Assembly (NCBI RefSeq): GCF_021028975.2
Contig: NC_059439.1
Location: 22,506,001-22,570,000 of the forward strand
Origin: Sphaerodactylus townsendi
Taxonomy: Eukaryota
DNA: 64,000 bases
Direction: 5' to 3'
Under the pieces are notes generated by a model. It was not told where the DNA came from. It was given only the letters and a program-made list of their open reading frames with translations, and ran no database searches. The position numbers and the translations under genes were made by a program. Of the stretch, positions 59,401 through 64,000 are shown piece after piece (the stretch's first letter is position 1; every line of letters starts with the position of its first letter).

Positions 59401-61514
59401 TCATATTCGTCATCAGCCAAACTGGACTTCCATTTTTCTAAAAGACATTTTCTTTTTTCTGATAATTTCCTCAACCTCTCTTGTTAACCATGGTGGCTTT
59501 CTTTTGGACTGGGTGCTGCCTTTTCTAACCTGTGGAACACATTCCAGCTGAGCTTTTATTACTGTGTTTTTAAATAACCTCCAAGCATCCTGGACAGTTT
59601 TGACTCTCTTGATTTTCCCTTTCAGCTTCCTGTGCACTATCCCCCTCATCTTTGAGAAATTTCCCTTTCTGAAGGCGAATGTAGCTACATTAGTAGTTGC
59701 CACTTGTTCGCATGCTGAGATACTGAATCTGACAGCATTGTGGTCGCTGTTCCCTATAGGCTCAACAACACTGACTTCCTGCACCAGGTCCTGGGTCCCA
59801 CATAGAATTAGATCTAGGATCACCTCTCCCCTGGTTGGTTCCACAACCATCTGCTCTAAGCCACAGTCATTTAGCATATCCAGGAATGCTCTCTCCTTAC
59901 TATGACCTGAACATGCATTTTTCCAGTTTATATGGGGATAGTTAAAATCACCCATTACCACTACATTTTTGTTTTTTTGTTGGCCTCTCTAATTTCTTTT
60001 TCCATCTCAGAATCCTCTTGTGCACTTTGGTCAGGGGGACGATAATATATTCCTAATATTAAACTGTCCTTCACACCTGGTATTGATATCCACAGTGATT
60101 CTGTAGGGGAACCAGCTTTCCTTGCATTGTCTATTTTATGTGATACTATGCTCTCTTTGATGTAAAGGGCAACTCCACCCCCAATGCGCCCTGTCCTATC
60201 CTTCCTATAGAGCCTGTAGCCTGGTATAACAGCATCCCACTGGTTCTCCTCATTCCACCATGTCTCTGGGTGCTGTGTGGTTTCCGGGCTGTATGGCCAT
60301 GTTCTAGCAGCATTCTCTCCTGACGTTTCGCCTGCATCTGTGGCTGGCATCTTCAGAGTTTTAGAACACCTTTGTTTCATTCATGAAGTGACGATATTTT
60401 GTAGCAGAACTTGAATGCTGTTGAAGTTCACTGTCCCAAATCCTTTGCTTGATTTCAGACCTAGCTTTGCAATACCCTGAAACTAAAATTGCAGTTGGCA
60501 TACCAACAGGTTTGACTTTGGCTGGCCTGTATTGAAAGAGGAGAAAATAATACTTGACATATTTTAATTCTTATATTATATAATTAAAATCAAATGTTTC
60601 CTTTTTTTTCAGATATGGATGACTGTGTCAAATGCCCAGATAACGAGTACCCAAACAAGAACCAAGATCATTGTCTTCTTAAGGTTCTAAACTTCCTGTC
60701 TTATGGTGAGCCTTTAGGGATTGCTTTAGCTGTTTTGGCTGTGTCTTTTTCTCTGACCACAGCTTTGGTTCTTGGACTCTTCATCAAATACCAGAATACT
60801 CTGATTGTCAAAGCCAACAATCGAGACCTCACATACTGTCTACTCATCTCCCTTTTCTTCTGCTTCCTCTGCTCCTTGCTTTTCATTGGCCAGCCTCGGA
60901 CTCCAACCTGCCTTCTACGACAAACATCTTTCAGCATCATCTTCTCAGTGGCTGTTTCTTCCTTATTGGCCAAAACCATTACTGTGGTTCTGGCGTTTAT
61001 GGCCAGTAAGCCTGGAAGCCAAATAAGAAAATGGGTGGGGAAAAAACTAGCATGTGCAGTTGTGGTTCTCTGTTCCACGATTCAAATTGGAGGTTGCTGT
61101 GTGTGGCTCTACGTAGCTCCTCCGTTCCCAGACTTGGACCCATATTCTATAACTACTGAAATGGTAGCTCAGTGTAATGAAGGCTCAGTCATTATGTTCT
61201 ACTGTGTCCTGGGCTACATGGGATTCTTGGCTACTGTCACATTTATTATGGCTTTCTTTGCTCGCAAGCTGCCCAACACATTCAATGAAGCCAAGTTCAT
61301 CACTTTCAGCATGTTGGTGTTTTGCAGTGTTTGGGTGTCCTTTGTGCCAACGTATCTGAGTACGAAGGGAAAGGATATGGTAGCTGTGGAAATCTTTGCA
61401 ATCTTGTCTTCCAGTGCTGGTTTATTGTTTTGTGTCTTTTACCCAAAATGCTATATTATTATTCTGAGGCCTGAGCTGAACAGTAAGAGCTACCTATCCA
61501 TAAAAAATAAGTAA
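41254..61514 (+). CDS. Vomeronasal type-2 receptor (V2R) gene 2, six exons, about 881 aa
   Basis: Exons 41254-41474, 43968-44259, 49482-50357, 53729-53956, 55358-55484, 60613-61514. All GT-AG with the same phases as gene 1; total 2646 nt in frame. Confidence 0.93.
43968..44259 (+). CDS. V2R gene 2 exon 2
   Basis: [20 protein letters not shown]...YKIPQ; 292 bp. Confidence 0.93.
45415..45922. mobile_element. hAT-Charlie non-autonomous element, OC1/OposCharlie1-like ends
   Basis: 8-bp TSD GCCTAAGT; TIRs CAGTGGTGGTGAACCT / ATGTTCGCCATCACTG. Confidence 0.8.
46289..46480 (-). mobile_element. CR1 3' UTR fragment
   Basis: CATAAGAACATAAGAAC tail; near-identical to 57373-57560. Confidence 0.85.
47125..47302. 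mobile_element. Small hAT-like MITE
   Basis: TIRs CAGAGGCGTCGC / GCTACGCCTCTG; imperfect TSD TTTGGAGG / CTTTGAGG. Confidence 0.6.
48556..48991. mobile_element. GC-rich Harbinger-like element truncated by gap
   Basis: Starts GGCCCTTTCCGCATG; homologous to 18350-18822. Confidence 0.75.
48992..49175. other. Assembly gap
   Basis: Run of N. Confidence 0.99.
49482..50357 (+). CDS. V2R gene 2 exon 3
   Basis: VSYSISA...FPSIYQMIP...QPWQ; donor GTAAGA; 876 bp. Confidence 0.93.
53729..53956 (+). CDS. V2R gene 2 exon 4
   Basis: [16 protein letters not shown]...TWHMAFNQ; 228 bp. Confidence 0.93.
55358..55484 (+). CDS. V2R gene 2 exon 5 (cysteine-rich domain; missed by ORF track)
   Basis: [42 protein letters not shown]; acceptor TTGACAG, weak donor GTTCGA; 127 bp. 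Confidence 0.9.
55837..55950 (-). mobile_element. L2 3'-end fragment
   Basis: (TAAA)n tail and GGGCTCTGGGCGG motif shared with 11101-11180. Confidence 0.65.
56517..57034. mobile_element. GC-rich Harbinger-like non-autonomous element
   Basis: TCA|GTCCGTTTCCGC...GCGGAAGCGGCC|TCA, 3-bp TSD. Confidence 0.75.
57368..60268 (-). mobile_element. CR1 LINE, 5'-truncated in the endonuclease, ORF2 broken by frameshifts, antisense in V2R2 intron 5
   Basis: APE motifs ETWW, GGGVALY, GIYYRPP, MGDFN, SDHN; RT motifs [26 protein letters not shown]; (TTCTTATG)n tail. Confidence 0.95.
60319..60358 (-). ncRNA. Minimal hammerhead motif (Penelope-type) in a PLE fragment 60269-60358 abutting the CR1 5' end
   Basis: - strand CT CTGAAGA TGCCAGCCACAGATGCAGGC GAAA CG TC AGG; core intact, helix I shortened. 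Confidence 0.68.
60613..61514 (+). CDS. V2R gene 2 exon 6 (7TM domain)
   Basis: [11 protein letters not shown]...[18 protein letters not shown]...[13 protein letters not shown]...stop. Confidence 0.95.
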
Positions 61515-62338
61515 ATATTTTAAGAATTCCAAATGGCATATTTCTGCATCAAATCTACATTAACTACTTTCCAGCATAATTCTGAACTAATGGCTCCACC
61601 CTCACTTGTTTGCTCCACTCTAAAACCACATAATCTCCTGTGCTTGTCACATTTAGTGCTACTTTTAATATTGAAGGTGTCGATAAACTTCCTGTCAAAA
61701 ACACTCCAGCAGCACTGGATGAAGCCAAAGCAGAAGTGATCATCATTTATTGGAGAGCCATAGACAAAATTAGATTTCTAACCAATGCCATACCCCACCA
61801 TATCCCTGTGGGGATGCAAAGTGGCTTACACCATTCTCCTATCCACCATTTCATCTTCAGGACACTATGTGAGGAAGCAAGGGTTGAGCAGATGTTATTG
61901 GTCAAAGTTCACTCAGCAAGCTTCTGTGGCTGAGGGGGGATTTCACCTAAATCTCCTAGATTCAAGTCAAACACAAGCAATACTACACCACATTGGCTGT
62001 GATAGGGTTAGGGAATATTTTGCTTTGTAAAAGAGGGAATATTTTCCTCCTTCCATATCTGTGCTACTTTTCTCCACAATGAGGATCCAAAGCAACATAC
62101 AGCATTCTCCCATAAGTCAGGGAAGGTAATAAATCCTGTTGTTTTGTCATGGAGCAGATTTGTTCCCCCTTCCTGGTAGTCTAGTCTGGACTGTTAGTGC
62201 TTCTACAGTGATGTATGGTGTAAATTGAAAAAAAAAAGGAAAGGAAAGCAGCATGATATAGTCCAATTCCATCAGATCGCAGAAAATTAAGCAGGGTCAG
62301 TAATTGGATAAGAGACCACCAAGGAAGACTCTGCAGAG

Positions 62339-63031
62339 GAAGAAGAAGAGTTTGGATTTATATCCCCCCTTTCTCTCCTGAAGAGACTCAAAGGGGCTTA
62401 CAATCTCCTTGCCCTTCCCCCTCACAACAAAGAAGAAGAAGAAGAAGAGTTTGGATTTATATCCCCCCTTTCTCTCCTGAAGAGACTCAAAGGGGCTTAC
62501 AATCTCCTTGCCCTTCCCCCTCACAACAAAGAAGAAGAAGAAGAAGAGTTTGGATTTATATCCCCCCTTTCTCTCCTGCAGGAGACTCAAAGGGGCTTAC
62601 AATCTCCTTGCCCTTCCCCCTTCACAACAAACACCCTGTGAGGTGGGTGGGGCTGAGAGAGCTCCGAGAAGCTGTGACTAGCCCAAGGTCACCCAGCTGG
62701 CATGTGTGGGAGTGTACAGGCTAATCTGAATTCCCCAGATAAGCCTCCACAGCTCAGGCGGCAGAGCTGGGAATCAAACCCGGTTCCTCCAGATTAGATA
62801 CACGAGCTCTTAACCTCTTACGCCACTGCTGCTCCTTTGAGGTAGGTGGGGCTGAGAGAGCTCCGAGAAGCTGTGACTAGCCCAGGGTCACCCAGCTGGC
62901 ATGTGTGGGAGTGCCCAGGCTAATCTGAATTTCCCAGATAAGCCTTCACAACTCAAGCGGCAGAGCTGGGAATCAAACCCGGTTCCTCCAGATCAGAGTG
63001 CCCCTGCTCTTAGCCACTACACCTCTGCTGC
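62339..63031 (-). mobile_element. Young tRNA-derived SINE (Squam3-like) 62339-62836 with triplicated 99-bp 3' end, plus a tandem partial copy 62838-63031
   Basis: - strand A box TGGCGTAAGAGG, B box GGTTTGATTCC, (CTT)n tail; GAGTTTGGATTT recurs at 62348, 62447 and 62546. Confidence 0.85.
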
Positions 63032-64000
63032 TTAAATACAGGAAGGCAATGGCAAATCACCTCTGTTTCTCACTTGCATTGAAAACCCCTTGCTGGAGTT
63101 GTCATAAGTTGGCTGCAACATTATGGCACTTTACACAGATACATTAAAGAAAATCCCAAAAGTGCTGATCTATTACATCATACACCAGGGGTAGGGAACC
63201 TGCGGCTCTCCGGATGTTCAGGAACTACAATTCCCATCAGCCCCTACCAGCATGGCCAATTGGCCATGAACAATTTAAATACAGCATGTCATTAGATTTT
63301 ATTTTTGGCCAAAATAAGCATTTTAACAGGAGGGAATTTTGTTTTTCAATTTTGCCCTCTCAGTCCTTTTAAAGACATCACACAAGTAAATTGCATACCC
63401 AAAATTAATCAAACAAAACTTCACATAAAGGCAATGAGACTTTCCAGAAGACTTTCCAAAAGGCAATGAGACTTTCCCAAAGGAGGCCATGCCCTCCTGC
63501 CCTGCAGATGAGAGCAACAGAAACCTAAGTCTTTTTTTTTACAAGCACAAACACATTTTGGAGAAAAGCAAGGAATTACAATTCGTCTTCTTCAGGATCT
63601 TCTCTCTCTGTGTACATCAAACCTTGCTTACCCCAACTAAACAGACAACTTTTCTTTCCATTGGAAATAACAGGAAGGTTGTCCCAATAACCTGGACAAC
63701 AGTGTTCTAATTCCCTTCATGCTACGCACTGCAGCTCCCATGATTATCTTGAATCACAGTGTGAGTGCAGCAGTATCTGGTGGTTGGGAACTATGGTAAA
63801 ATGTTTGTTTCAGCAACGATCACCCCATCCCTGACTAAACTACTTTAACTCGCTCTGTGAAGGGCTACCCTTAAGGGCTACCCTGGAGACTTTAGCTTGT
63901 CTGAAATGCAGCTGCACAGGTCCTTATGAGAACAACATCAGTTGCACTGGTTACAGGTTCAAGGTTTTGGTACTAACCTTTATAGCTCTAAATGATCTGG

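Noticed and set aside
59961-60380. 139-aa ORF looking like a novel fusion protein
   Set aside because: Chance read-through from flank and PLE fragment into CR1 endonuclease sequence, which then frameshifts.
62339-62640. CRISPR-like repeat array
   Set aside because: Eukaryotic locus; the units are whole tandem copies with no unique spacers.
62700-62836. tRNA gene
   Set aside because: The A/B boxes belong to a SINE head; no cloverleaf.

Overview
Vertebrate genomic DNA, most likely a squamate and probably a gecko (inferred from the repeat families), spanning the junction of two chemoreceptor clusters. The left half (1-29.4 kb) holds class II, family-14-like olfactory receptor genes built from two segmental duplications arranged A1(+) B1(-) B2(-) A2(+). 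It has three intact single-exon ORFs (2145-3104, 19149-20093, 27630-28589), one indel-riddled copy (14201-15212, probably an unpolished assembly patch) and an orphan OR 3' fragment (8177-8353). The right half (31.4-61.5 kb) holds two tandem six-exon vomeronasal type-2 receptor (V2R, class C GPCR) genes that splice in frame to about 879 and 881 aa; one splice donor is hidden in an N gap. Intergenic and intronic DNA is dense with transposons: CR1, L2 and L1-like LINEs, tRNA-derived SINEs, hAT elements (SPIN, OC1-like, nested pairs with 8-bp TSDs), PIF/Harbinger-like MITEs with 3-bp TSDs and Penelope-like fragments. The most notable signals are: (1) four Penelope-type minimal hammerhead ribozyme motifs, one with an intact core in a TSD-flanked 140-bp cassette inserted sense 17 nt into V2R intron 1 and one fused to a CR1 5' end; (2) four local templated-insertion scars; (3) loss of the N-glycosylation sequon in one OR duplicate; (4) candidate OR and V2R promoter motifs. 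I see no convincing wholly new gene system. All family names are by recognition, not database search.
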